A stretch of DNA of 64,000 nt from Octopus vulgaris (GCA_951406725.2 OX597814.1:185752001-185816000), one strand, 5' to 3'. Counted from the stretch's first letter, positions 1 to 11,258 are shown. Program-made: numbers and translations. The notes: generated by a model from the letters alone, not told the origin.

Positions 1-820
1 TCTGGTTTATTGGCCTTGATGGTTTGGTCTGTATGTATTGGAAAGTCCCACAGAATGGTTACATTTTCTCCTTCAGTTACAGCCTCAGGGTGGTGATTAT
101 ACCACTTGTCGGCAGTTTTGATATTGTAATGCCGACTTATTAGCCAGTGTAGATATTGGCCAACTCTGTCATGTCTTAATTTATACTCCACTGGAGCTAA
201 GACTTTACATCCAGAGATTAGGTGGTCCACTGTTTCAATCATGTCGTTGCAGAATCGGCATTTTGGGTCTGCTCCATTTTTCATCACATTGGCCTGGTAG
301 TTCCGGGTTAATAGGCTTTGATCTTGAGCAGCCAGGATGAAACCTTCGCTCTCTGCTTTTAGCCCTGAGCTCCGTAGCCACTGATGGGTTTGCTTCTGGT
401 CAACATCAGCTTGTTTGCTGCGGGTCACATATTTGCCGTGCAGAGGTTTCTCCTCCCACCTATCAGCCAATTGCTCGTGTGCTTTTTTCGTTGCCATTAT
501 TTTCACCTTCTTTGCAACAATAATTGCCGTACTTCCCTCGGGTTGTTCTGTTTGGGTATTCTGCACGAGATCAGTAGCAAATTTTTTGCTTTCCTTTATG
601 ATAGAATGAAGCTTCTTTCGATTCTCGTGATTTTCCATGAGCTTTAGCATCCAGTCATTCGATATTTCGAGATATTTGGCCAGTCCAATTCTGGTTGTTT
701 TGTAAGCTAGTTCAAATTGGATCAGGCCTCGACCTCCTTGGGCTCTGGGAAGATAAAGGCGATCTACGTCTGCCTTTGGGTGGTGCATCCTATTACAACT
801 CAGCAGCTTGCGTATTTTCC

Positions 821-821
<1 letters not shown>
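1..821 (-). mobile_element. 5'-truncated R4/Dong-like RLE non-LTR retrotransposon (RT thumb, CCHC finger, start of RLE), continues beyond window start
   Basis: Manual minus-strand translation is open for 273 codons: RKIRKLL..MHHPKADVDRLYLPRAQGGRGL..WEEKPLHGKY..WLRSSGLKAESEGFILAAQDQSL..CRFCNDMIETVDHLISGC..YKLRHDRVG..ILWDFPIHTDQTIKANKP. The 5' junction abuts a (TAA)n tract at 821-866. Confidence 0.92.

Positions 822-866
<45 letters not shown>
821..866. repeat. (TAT/TAA)n microsatellite flanking the Dong-like element
   Basis: Perfect trinucleotide run. Confidence 0.95.
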
Positions 867-1227
867 TGAAAGCAAAAAGACGTTGAAAACAAGCAGCAAA
901 AAAAAAATCCCACCAAGTCTGAATTGAAATTTGTTGAAACAAAAATATAAAAGTTACAAAAGAAACAAAAATATTAAAAACAGAGTAATAACCAATAACA
1001 ACAAAGCCAAGTCTGATGCCTAACTTAGATTTTCCCAAAGGAGGATTCAGAAGTTCTGTTTGATTTCTAATCTGACAAGATTAGAAATATTTGGCAGTCC
1101 AAATATACATATGTCTGTTGTATATGGTAAAAATATATTAGTTGATCTACACACACACACACACGCATTAATATATAGATATAAATAAAATACATTATAG
1201 AATGCTTAATAATTATATATACATAAA

Positions 1228-1270
<43 letters not shown>

Positions 1271-1286
1271 ACACACACATATATAT

Positions 1287-1520
1287 ATCATCATCATCAT
1301 CGTTTAACGTCCGCTTTCCATGCTAGCATGGGTTGGACGATTTTGAATGGGGGCTGGCGAACCAGACGGCCGCACCAGGCTCTAATCTTGATCTGGCAGA
1401 GTTTCTACAGCTGGTTGCCCTTCCTAACGCCAACCACTCTGAGAGTGTAGTGAGTGCATTTTAAGCGCCATCGGTACGGGGCCAGTCAAGCAATACTGGC
1501 AATGACCTCACTCGAATTTT
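1287..1520 (-). mobile_element. RTE-like LINE 3' UTR fragment with (ATG)n tail
   Basis: catcatcatcgtttaacgtccgctttccatgctagcatgggttggacg...; same sequence as the 3' UTR that follows the RTE ORF end at 42800-43662. Confidence 0.8.
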
Positions 1521-1532
1521 TTTACATATATA

Positions 1533-2520
1533 TCATCATCATCATCATTTAACGTCTGCCTTCCATTTTAGTATGGGTGGGATGGTTTCACAAGAGCCAG
1601 CCAGGCGGAAGACTGCACCATACTTCTGTGACTGTTTTGGCAGGATTTTTACAGCTGGATGCCCTTCATAACACTAACCACTCAGCAGAGTAGACATAGT
1701 GCTTTTGACGTGCCTCAAGCACAGGTGAGGTCAGTTTTGGCAAGGTTTTTACAAGTGGAAGCCCTTCCAAACACCAACCACTTTACAGAGTAGACTGGTT
1801 GCTTTTAAGTGACACCTGCACTGAGAGGATCACCAAGTACTTGCAAGACAAAAAAAACCAAAAGCTTTCATGGGAGGAGGGGGCATTGGAGGCGGTGTTG
1901 GATGATGAAAAGGTTATAGTGAGACAGAGAGACAGAAACAGGTGTCTTGCTGTAGAGGAAGTAAAAATTTACCCAACGAGAGAGAGAGAGAGAGAGAGAG
2001 AGATTAGGAATGAAGACAAAAACAGGTGTGCAAAGGAAATACATGGTTACCCAACCTGAGGAAAATGCAGGAGAAGGAGAGAGAGTGGGAGACAGCAGGA
2101 TAGAGATGATGGCAAAATGCTGGGCATACTCACAAGGGACAGGGATCAGAATATAAATGGGATGGTCAAATAAAAGAAAAGAGAGAAATATAGATGGTGG
2201 CAAGTGCCATGGCATACCTTTGTAGCTCGAACACCATAATATAAGTGGCAGGACATTGCGAAGGAAGTGTGATTAAAGAGTGTTGAGTGGGGAGTGAGTA
2301 GCGAAAACCTGGGTATATATAGAGTTGGGGTGGAGGGCTACTGGAGAGCAATGATACAGGGGAACAGGGTCGTGAGGATAGGATTGGGGAGTAAGAGCAA
2401 GGCATGGTGTATGAAGGAGGAAATGTGAGGAAGAGAAGAAATGTGGAGATGTAGATTGGTTTATTGGGGTAGAGTGAGTGATTACCATAGGAGTGTAACA
2501 TATTTTAACATGGGGAACCT
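1533..2520 (-). mobile_element. Longer LINE 3' region with a related (ATG)n-tailed end
   Basis: Begins catcatcatttaacgtctgccttccat..ctggatgcccttc..; continues into a purine-rich non-coding segment; no intact ORF. Confidence 0.5.
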
Positions 2521-2604
2521 GCATGAAGGCATGGTTTGGATTTACATGTGCATACACACATACATGTATATGTATGTGTGTACGTGTGCATGTGTGTGTG
2601 TATT

Positions 2605-2673
2605 GATTCTAATTGAATCTGATCACACAGAGTTTGTAATCAGATCCAATTAGAATCGAAACAGATTTAAGAC
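2605..2673 (+). ncRNA. 5'-truncated hammerhead-like motif (long stem II plus GAAAC arm, CUGANGA missing)
   Basis: GATTCTAATTG-A-ATCTGAT..ATCAGAT-C-CAATTAGAATC hairpin directly followed by GAAAC AGAT TTA AGAC, similar to GAAACAGCTGTAAGAC at 55876. Confidence 0.45.
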
Positions 2674-2792
2674 TGTAAAACTCATCTACAAGAAATATAA
2701 CGCACTCTACTTCCGGTAACATTTAGTGCTTAATTTGTATTTATAAACCTTGTCCTTTCAAACAACCCCCCCCCCCCCCGATATCCTATCAT

Positions 2793-2954
2793 TATCATCA
2801 TTTAACATCCGTTTTCCATGCTAGCATGGGTTGGATGGTTCGACTGGGGTCTGGGATGCCTGGAGGCTGCATCAGGCTCCAGTCTGATTTGGCAGTCCTC
2901 AGTCAAATCGTCCAACCCATGCTAGCATGGAAAGCGGACGTTAAACGATGATGA

Positions 2955-2957
<3 letters not shown>
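2793..2957. mobile_element. Two RTE 3'-end fragments joined head-to-head (foldback)
   Basis: catttaacatccgttttccatgctagcatgggttggatgg.. is inverted as ..ccaacccatgctagcatggaaagcggacgttaaacgatgatg. Confidence 0.75.
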
Positions 2958-2991
<34 letters not shown>

Positions 2992-3170
2992 AAATTTCTT
3001 CACATAACTTGATTAACAATTCACTATGAGCTATATATGGACATGCACAAATTCTGTAAGTTCAAGACCTTTCATCGGATCTCCAGGAATCGAACTTTCT
3101 TCAATGCAGTTAAACTTACACCCTCATTTGTATCTACCCCTTTTGATGTTTGGGAATCTCTGATGTTTTT

Positions 3171-3254
3171 TCGGCTGACGAGTACGAGCCATCTATATTT
3201 ACTGCATTTTTTGTAGCTTATTAAAGATGTCCTCATACGAAACAATTGTACCGA
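3171..3254 (+). ncRNA. Minimal type-I hammerhead ribozyme, intact core
   Basis: TCGG CTGACGA GTACGAG..CTCATAC GAAAC AATT GTA CCGA: stem I TCGG/CCGA, palindromic stem III ACAATTGT, GUA cleavage triplet; (TA)n starts about 30 nt downstream. Confidence 0.85.
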
Positions 3255-3282
3255 TATTTTAATCCATTCTTGTTGTTTTTTT

Positions 3283-3325
<43 letters not shown>

Positions 3326-3491
3326 TCATCGTCGTTTAACGTCCGTTCTCCATGCTAGCATGTATATATTAATAAATACACACACACACACATACACATG
3401 CACACATGCATAAATGTGTATGTGTTAGTGAGTGTAATTATGTCAAGCGCCCCATTTTGATAGTTTGATATTATTCAAGCTGCTTTTAATT

Positions 3492-3521
3492 TCATCTGAG
3501 GATCAGAAACTTGAGTAATGA
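3492..3521 (+). ncRNA. Hammerhead motif with deleted stem II
   Basis: TCAT CTGAGGA TCA GAAAC TTGA GTA ATGA; stem I TCAT/ATGA is perfect. Confidence 0.6.
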
Positions 3522-3775
3522 TTTGTGAAATTTCTCAGCTTCAATAAAATTTGATATATCACTCTACTTACACTTATGTGCTTGCATGAAAGTGAGAGCT
3601 ACTTACCACACAGCCACTCCTGCACTTATATATAAGAGGGTATAAATATTTTATACACAAAGAGACCATTAACAGGACTCCTTACATGCTAAAAAGCCAG
3701 CTAAAACCCAAACCACGATTTAAAAAGAAAATTCATGAGGCATAACACTAGAATAAACAAAAAATGAATTAGTTA

Positions 3776-3845
3776 ATCCTGAACTCAAGTTTTGCTATTA
3801 ATTTCCAAATACACTAATTTGGAAACTGTAGCTCATCAGTGGGAT
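3776..3845 (-). ncRNA. Decayed hammerhead ribozyme
   Basis: Minus strand: ATCCCA CTGATGA GCTA..TTTCCAAAT-ATTTGGAAA..TAGC AAAAC TTGA GTT CAGGAT; GAAAC reads AAAAC. Confidence 0.6.
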
Positions 3846-4100
3846 CGTTAATTAATGAAAAATCATGTAGTTGCAAATACATACCAAAACCATGTGTACA
3901 AGACAGCTACATCTTTATCCATTTAAGGATTCAAACTAAGTGTGCAAGCGTAAATATATAGTTCAGCAGTAAATAAAGAAATTTAAAACTGTCTTATACG
4001 GCCTCAAAATTAAATATTACTATCGAAAATATGAGGGTAATAAATTAAAATAATTTATTACCAGTGATTAACATCCATAAATATAAGTTATAAAACATAA

Positions 4101-4540
4101 CTCTTTACTCTTTTACTTTTTACTTTTTTATTCTTTTACTTGTTTCAGTCATTTGACTGTGGCTATGCTGGAGCAGTGCCTTTAGTCAAGCAAATTGACC
4201 CCAGGACTTATTCCTTGTAAGCCTAGTACTTATTCCATTGGTCTCTTTTGTTGAACTGCTAAGTTATGGGGACGTAAACACACTAGCATTGTTTGTCAAG
4301 CGATGTTGGGAGGACAAACACAGACATGCAAACATATACACACATACATATCTGTATACATACGTATATACGACGGGCTTCTTTTCAGTTTCCATCTACC
4401 AAATCCACTCACAAGGCTTTGGTCGGCTCGAGTCTATAGTAGAAGACACTTGCCCAAGGTGCCAAGGTTCAATGGGACTGAACCCAGAACCATGTGGTTC
4501 ATAAGCAAGCTACTTACCACACAGCCACTCCTACTCCTAT
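4101..4540 (-). mobile_element. tRNA-head SINE family A (internal TA/CA microsatellite, GAGTAAAA-type tail)
   Basis: Head ggagtggctgtgtggtaagtagcttgc..ggttcagtccc (A/B boxes), ccttgggcaagtgtcttct box, tail gactgaaacaagtaaaaga; over 20 copies in the window. Confidence 0.85.
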
Positions 4541-4680
4541 TTTTTTAAATATAAGAATGTATAAAATATTTTTATACACAAAGAGGAGACCATTGACAGG
4601 ATTCCTTACATGCTAAGAAGGCCATATATATATATAATGTGATTAAGATCAAAAGAAGCAACAAGGATATCCAGAGGTAA

Positions 4681-4766
4681 TGCAGTACGATCGTTTCATG
4701 CAACTCCATTTAATTGAACAGTGCAACCATTATATCAATTTAAATGCAGAGCAATCCTCAGCTGCA
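4681..4766 (-). ncRNA. Minimal type-I hammerhead ribozyme, intact core
   Basis: Minus strand: TGCAG CTGAGGA TTGC..(catttaaattga/tcaattaaatg)..TGCAT GAAAC GATC GTA CTGCA; 5-bp stem I, palindrome ACGATCGT, GUA triplet. Confidence 0.85.
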
Positions 4767-5190
4767 CAAAGACAGAATTTAATTAAATTAAAACAGATGG
4801 ACACATTAGTATAATTTTACCTAAAATCTCCAAGAAGTTAAGGTGATAGACAAAGAACATGCTGCCTCCACTTCAGCTTAGAAGCTACCAACTCATATAT
4901 ATATATATATATATATATCTTTATAATGAAAAATAGGGAGGGAGAGAGCTCACATTTTTTACTTGCATTAATTTGTGAATATACAGTTGTACTGTATAAT
5001 GTCAAACATAAATGTTAATGCCAATATTTACATATAATTTTTAGCTTAGTGAAATTAATGCTTCACGAGGAAGATGGTGGAACAACCGTAACCCTATGAA
5101 TCACATGGTTAAATAAACCTGTATTCACTTATCTCCTGACTTTATGCTTTACCCACATTTAACCCCCACACACACACACATACACACATA

Positions 5191-5277
5191 ATGTGCTCCT
5201 GATGATTAACTAGCATAGGAGAGACAGTATTTTATTGGTTACCTTAAGTTAAGGCAGATATGAAAGTTTGAGCACAT
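5191..5277 (+). ncRNA. Degenerate hammerhead-like motif
   Basis: ATGTGCTC CTGATGA TTAACT..AGTTAA GGCAGATAT GAAAG TTT GAGCACAT; 8-bp stem I closes the motif. Confidence 0.5.
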
Positions 5278-5595
5278 CAAAGAGCAAAGGTGTACAGAAT
5301 ATACACATTTAAATTATTTTCTTGCATATTATTAAGTTATTAAAGTATCTACACATTTTTAGCCATGCATAGCACTATTTCATTCTCATTTAGAATCATC
5401 AGCATGACATTACTTGAGACAAATAAATTAAGCTAAATTCAATGTTCTATGAAGTTAGACATTTCTTAAAAAAAGAAAATGGTCTAGAGTATAAAAAGTA
5501 AAGTGAGATCATGACAATTTGAAACACATATACACATTAAATCTGAAGGAAAATGAAGTCATATATTTTATATAACATTACCATAAGTTACCTAC

Positions 5596-5747
5596 CTGGC
5601 CCCAGCAGACGAAATGGAAAAGGCTCTGCTCTGTAAAGATAGCAAGGAAGATGCACTGAAACAGGCTCTCTGAAACATGGATCTCACATTTGCGAACAGC
5701 CGCCTCCACCCCGACAGCGGTGTTTCTAGTGCCAAAGGCTCTACCAT
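5596..5747 (-). CDS. Candidate first coding segment MVEPLALETPLSGWRRLFANVRSMFQRACFSASSLLSLQSRAFSISSAGA (phase 2), product unknown
   Basis: ATG at 5747 is open to the donor, with upstream stops in all three frames; Arg/Ser/Leu-rich with no acidic residue after position 8. Confidence 0.5.
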
Positions 5748-5872
5748 AAACCTGTTGGAGATTAACTGATACTTATACAGCTTTTCTCAGCCTGATGAGC
5801 AGCAGAACCTGGGTTAGTGGGGATGGACTGAGGGGATAGTAAGAGGCAAACTTGATATGTTGTTTTTACATC
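5596..5872 (-). other. Candidate host-gene exon (5' UTR plus start codon)
   Basis: Acceptor cctttgtattttctccctttAG|G at 5873/5872 and donor CCAG|GTAGGT at 5596/5595; unique, higher-GC sequence; possible alternative acceptor ctccaacAG| at 5751. Confidence 0.65.
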
Positions 5873-5931
5873 CTAAAGGGAGAAAATACAAAGGGAGTGG
5901 AATTTCTAACAAGCAGCAGCATCACTGATGT

Positions 5932-6006
5932 CATCATCATCATCATTATTATTATTATTATTATTATTATCATTATTATTATTATAATTATTATTGTTAT
6001 TATTAC

Positions 6007-6081
<75 letters not shown>

Positions 6082-6110
6082 CATCATTATAATTATTATC
6101 ATTATTATTA
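5932..6110. repeat. (CAT)n/(TAT)n microsatellite
   Basis: Direct reading. Confidence 0.95.
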
Positions 6111-6316
6111 AAGTGGTGAACTGACAGAATTGTTAGTATGCTGAACGAAATACTTAGCGATATTTCACCCATCGCAATGTTCAAATTCTACCGAGGTCAA
6201 CTTTGCTTTTTATTCTTTCAAAGTTGATAAATTAAGTACCAGTGAAACACTAGGGTCGATGTGATCAATTAGTATCCTCTCCCAAAATTTCAGGCCTTGT
6301 GCCTTTAGTAGAAAGG
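6110..6316 (+). mobile_element. SINE family B (Meta/MESC-like central domain)
   Basis: ggtgaactgacagaattgttag..ttcaaattctaccgaggtcaactttgc..gataaattaagtaccag; related to the copies at 22308 and 58523. Confidence 0.7.
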
Positions 6317-6334
6317 ATTATTATTATTATTATT

Positions 6335-6876
6335 GAATGAGAGAGCAGTGCATGCCATTAAAAGTGACACTGGGGTAAAATATACAAAGCCTAGCATACC
6401 CATCATGACTACCCATCTGATAAGGATACACCAGGCACATGCATCACAACCATATGTGTGCAACATGGTGATCTCATATCAAGATAAACAGTGCATGACC
6501 TTGCAGGATGGGGACCTTCTGGTCAAGTAGCCCATCCCACTCAAAAGGTCCCTGAATAAGGGTTGTTTAAGAATGTTGAGCAAAACACCCATGTTTCCAG
6601 AGGTGAATTATCCAAACCTCTAAGAATTCCTTTCAACACACAGCAATGATAATCCCCCACTGCTTCTGCTCATGATCAGAGATGCACATATCGTCAGCCA
6701 ATAAGGGACATGGTCAACTGGTTAAGGTCAAGCAACTGACAAGCAATTGTGGTATTGAGTAGAATATTTGCTGTAGCCCATCTTTTATACCAAGACAAAA
6801 CAATGTACATGATAACACTTCCAATCAGTTAAAATCAGAAGCCACGAGAGCCACTTTCTGGTACTGCATCAGGGCA
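6335..6876 (+). mobile_element. Non-coding interspersed element embedded in (TTA)n (element X)
   Basis: Flanked by TTA runs on both sides; its 3' half recurs inverted at 61530-61794 with the same terminus next to TAA. Confidence 0.7.
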
Positions 6877-6886
6877 TTTATTATTA

Positions 6887-6926
<40 letters not shown>

Positions 6927-7430
6927 ATGTCTATATTCCATGCTGGGTTGGATTGGACAGTCTGACAAGAATCATGCTCCAATGTCAGCTTTGGTGTGCT
7001 TTCTCTAGCTGGATTCTCTTCCTAATACCAACCACTTTACAAAATGTGCTGGGTGCATTTTTTCTCTTAGAAGCACTTCTTAACCAAACATCCATACTTG
7101 TGTCTATATTCAAAAATAGAAATGTGCCTCATTTTGTTTGATTTCCATTTTGAGTTTATATTTACAGCAACAGATTTATTTTTAACATAAGTGACAAGTG
7201 CAAGTTTCTTTGTGTTTTTTTATATATATATTTATGTATAATTCTATGGATCTTCTCTGTAATTGTAAGTGTTATCCAACAAAAAGGGGGGAAAAAAGTT
7301 GTTTGATCTACATTGAGTACTTTTAGCAAAAACAAACATACTGGAAGACCCTATATGTCTGGCAACACAAGCAAGAGAAGCCAGTCATGGCTGTCAGACA
7401 ATTTCTGCAACCACATCACCCTTTACATCC

Positions 7431-7790
7431 ACCTAGAGTTTTGTTTCGATAAGGAGGTTTTTCCCTCTTTCTCAAAGGCTGCCATTACTTTCAAGACAGT
7501 ACTTCTTGATACATCAAATATTTTGGCTGTTTTCATTATGCTAGCACCTGCCATATGAACTCCAACAATTAGACCTCTTTGAAAGTCTGATAGATCTGTC
7601 ATTTTAACGAATTTTAATTACCTTTTTCTGATGATATCTGAAAAGAAACAGCAATTTTAGTAAAACATATTAAGCAACACTAATAATAAACTAAAAAACA
7701 TAAAAATAAACAAGCTTTTGATGGTTTTACAGATATTTCAAAATTATGATGCTATGATGCTAGGTGTTTCCATTATTTTGTCCAACCCCT
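7431..7790 (-). mobile_element. Tc1-like transposon end fragment
   Basis: TA-CAGGGGTTGGACAAAATAATGGAAACACC terminus adjacent to (TA)n. Confidence 0.5.
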
Positions 7791-7895
7791 GTATATATAT
7801 ATATATATATATATGCAAATATTGTGATCTACTTTTAAAGACTGTTATTCTCCATCCTCAGGTTATATCTTCCTTGTGTGTATATGTATATATAC

Positions 7896-7936
<41 letters not shown>

Positions 7937-8116
7937 GTCTGTGAATGTCTGTGTGTGGGGGGTGAGTGAGAGAGAGATTTATAGTTATTTATAAAAACAT
8001 TAAAACACTCCCTATACATGTACAGCAGCAACAGGAGCCTCAGCAGCAACAGTTGGTGGTGGTGGTGGTGGTGGTGGTGGTGGTGGTGGTGGTGGTGTGG
8101 TGGTGGTGGTGGGTGG

Positions 8117-8161
<45 letters not shown>

Positions 8162-8559
8162 CAGCAGCAGTAGTAGCAGTAAAGCCCAAATTAATTTGAT
8201 GCAGTAAAGTAGTAAATGTTTTCTTTAGAAATTCTTTGGAAAGATTGATGGGGAAGGGTGTGATGGAATGGGCAGGAGGAGGAGGTTTGGGGGGTGGAAG
8301 TTGGGCAGAAGAATGGCTGAAGGAGAGATTTCTATTTCTGAATATGGAATAAATGGATTCACTTCCTTCAAAACAAATCATATTTACCATTTCATATGCT
8401 CCAAAATTGGGTAATGACATTAGGAAATGATGAGTTGAAATGCCTTTTTTTTTTCCCCCACCCCCTTATGTGACTAAAACCTTCACTTATTATCAAGAAA
8501 AAGGGGTTTCTGTCGCAGTCAATCATTTTACCTCTTTATTGTCTCTCTCTTTCTCTCCT

Positions 8560-8850
8560 CCTCTCCTCTTTTTCTTCCTCCTCAGTAATCCCTCTCTCCC
8601 TCTCTCCTCCTCCCCTCCTCTTTTTCTTTCTCCTCAGTAATTCCTCTCTCTCTCCTTCTCCCTCTCTCCTCCTCCTCCTCTCCTCCTTTCTTCGTCCTCA
8701 ATAATCCATCTCTCTCTCTCCTACTCCTCTTTTTCTTCCTCCTCCTCAGTTATCCCTCTCTCTCACTCCTACTCCTACTCCTCAGTAATACCTCTCACCT
8801 CCTCTTCCTCCTCCTCCCCCCACTTTTCTTCCCCTTCAGTAATCCCATTC
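8560..8850. repeat. CT-rich minisatellite with recurring CCTCAGTAATCC unit
   Basis: About 6 degenerate units. Confidence 0.7.
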
Positions 8851-8904
8851 TTGCTTATCTGCCCTGCTTTTTCTTTCTCTTTCTGTATGTGTGTGGGTGT
8901 GTAG

Positions 8905-9047
8905 TAATAATCTATTCTACCAAAGGCGCAAAGCCTGAATTTTAGAGAAAGGGACCAGTCGATTACATCAACCCCAGTGTTTTGCTGGTACTTATTTTGT
9001 CGACCCTGAAAGGATGAAAGGCAAAATCGGCCTCGGCGGAATTTGAG
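8905..9047 (-). mobile_element. SINE family B fragment
   Basis: ctggtacttattttgtcgaccctgaaaggatgaaaggcaaaatcggcctcggcggaatttga. Confidence 0.7.
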
Positions 9048-9194
9048 AGTGAGAGAGAGAGAGAGAGAGAGACCAACAGAATAAGTAACAAGCTTAATAA
9101 AAATAAGTACTGTTGTTGATTTTTTTTAGCTAAGCCATTCAAGGCAGTGCTCTAGCATGGCCACAGTCCAATAAGTGAAAAATGTAAAAGGTAC

Positions 9195-9550
9195 AGGTTT
9201 AGTCCCACTGCCTGACACCTTGGGCAAATGTCTTCTATTATAGCCTCAAGCCAACTAAAGCCTTGTGAGTGGATTTGGTAGACGGAAGCTGAAAGGAGAC
9301 GGTCACATGAGATGGAAACTGAAAGAAGCCTCTGTGTGTGTGTGTATCATTATGTGTCTATGTGTCTGTGTTTGTCCCCCATCAACATTTTACAACCGGT
9401 GTTGGTGCATTTATGTCGCCATAACTTAGTGGTTCAGCAAAAGAAACTGATAAAATGAGCACCAGTCTGAAACAAAAAAAAAAATAAGTACTGAAGGCCA
9501 ATTCATTCAACTAATTTTCTTCAAGGTAACACAAGTAAAAGATAAAAGAC
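9195..9550 (+). mobile_element. SINE family A, degraded
   Basis: ccttgggcaaatgtcttcta..gccttgtgagtggatttggtagacggaa. Confidence 0.7.
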
Positions 9551-9819
9551 ATAAGGGGCTGAGACCCCTGGTGGTTTGCTGTGCTTGAAAAGACACACCA
9601 AGCTAAGTATAAGAGTGGTTGCCCTTGCATACAGGCTCATCACTTGCATACAGGCTCATCCCTTGCAACACTCTCCAGCTGAGGACCCTTAATCTTGCGG
9701 GCTCGCAAGTGCTGGTGCCGCATAAAAAGCACCCTATTGGTGTTGTGTAAAAGCAACAAGTTCACACTGTAAGGTCTGTAAGGTAGTTGGCATTAGGAAG
9801 GTCATCCAGCCATAGAAAC

Positions 9820-10181
9820 CATGCTGGAGCACTGCCTTTAGTCGAACAAATCAACCCCAGGACTTATTCTTTCTAAGCCTAATACTTATTCTATCAGTGT
9901 CTTTTGCCGAACCGCTAAGTTACGGGGACATAAACACACCAGGATCGGTTGTCAAGCGATGTTGAGGGGACAAACACAGACACACAAACACACATACACA
10001 TATATATACATATACATACGACGAGCTTCTTTCAGTTTCTATCTACCAAATCCACTCACAAGGCTTTGGTCAGCCCGAGGCTATGGTAGAAGACACTTGC
10101 CCAAGGTGTCACACAGTGGGACTGAACCTGGAATCATGTGGTTGGTAAGCAAGCTACTTACCACACGGCCACTCCTGCGCC
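9820..10181 (-). mobile_element. SINE family A
   Basis: Head ggcgcaggagtggccgtgtggtaag through body to gtgctccagcatgg. Confidence 0.85.
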
Positions 10182-10259
10182 TATATGTATATATGTATAT
10201 GAAATATACATAAAAACATACATACATGAGTGAGTGGGTATATGTGTACATGTGCAGAA

Positions 10260-10567
10260 AGGAGCACTCTATCAGTTGTGACGACGAGGGTCCCAGCTGA
10301 TATGATCAACGGAACAGCTTGCTCATATAATTAATGTGCAAGTGGCTGAGCACTCCACAAACACATGTACCCCTAATGTGGTTCTCAGGGAGATTCAGTG
10401 TGACAAGGCTGGCCCTTTGAAATACAGGTATACTCATTTTTGCCAGCTGAGTGGACTGGAGCAACGTGAAATAAAGTGTCTTGCTCAAGGACACAACACA
10501 CCGCTTGGAATTGAACTCACAACCTTATGATCATTAACTGAATGCCCCTAACCACTAAGCCATGCAC
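10260..10567 (-). mobile_element. tRNA-head SINE family C
   Basis: Minus strand: catggcttagtggttagggg..gtgagttcaattcc..tgtgtccttgagcaagacactttatttcacgttgctccagtccactcagctg. Confidence 0.7.
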
Positions 10568-11258
10568 ATTCTCACATGTGCATATGTACGAGTGTAAGAG
10601 AAAACGTCCATATTCTCCCTTCCCCTGTCCTGTTCCTCATATGGTACTAATGTAATTATTCTTCTATGACAAGAAAAGGAAAAAAAAAGCAATTAGTGTA
10701 CTTACTATAAGAGAGTACGAGAAAACATTGTCCACATTAATCCAATTCGTTATTCAAAGTCTTTCGCATTTCCTAACAATAAATCCATCTACTTAATATA
10801 GAGCTGTTTGGATATATTTCATTCACAAATTTGCTATTCAATCACCCATGTATTTCTTTTCTTCTATTGCTTGTTTCAGTCACTGGACCGTGGCCTTGCT
10901 GAAGATCTGCATTGAGATGTTTTATTTGATTGTTTCTACTAAAACACCACTAGTAATTTTCATGTACCATACTTACTTTATCAATCTGTGCTTGTTGAAC
11001 TGCTACAAATAGAGAAACACACAGAAAAGCATAACCTTTTTTTTTGTTTTTTTGAAGAAGTATCAATGTAAAAACAGGTTGATAAACACACACATATACA
11101 CACATACATACATATGTATGTATAAATGTATGTATGTGCATATGTATATATGTGCATGTATATATATGTATATATATATATATATATACATATATATACA
11201 TACATATATATATATACATATGTATATATATATGTATGTATATATAATATATATAAAA

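Noticed and set aside
384-886. Plus-strand ORFs
   Set aside because: Antisense shadows of the minus-strand Dong-like ORF
5790-5810. CTGATGA inside the candidate exon
   Set aside because: No following stem II, GAAA or closing stem I
6815-6850. Weak resemblance to U2 snRNA (atcagttaaaatcaga)
   Set aside because: Too short, and the branch-point recognition sequence and Sm site are absent
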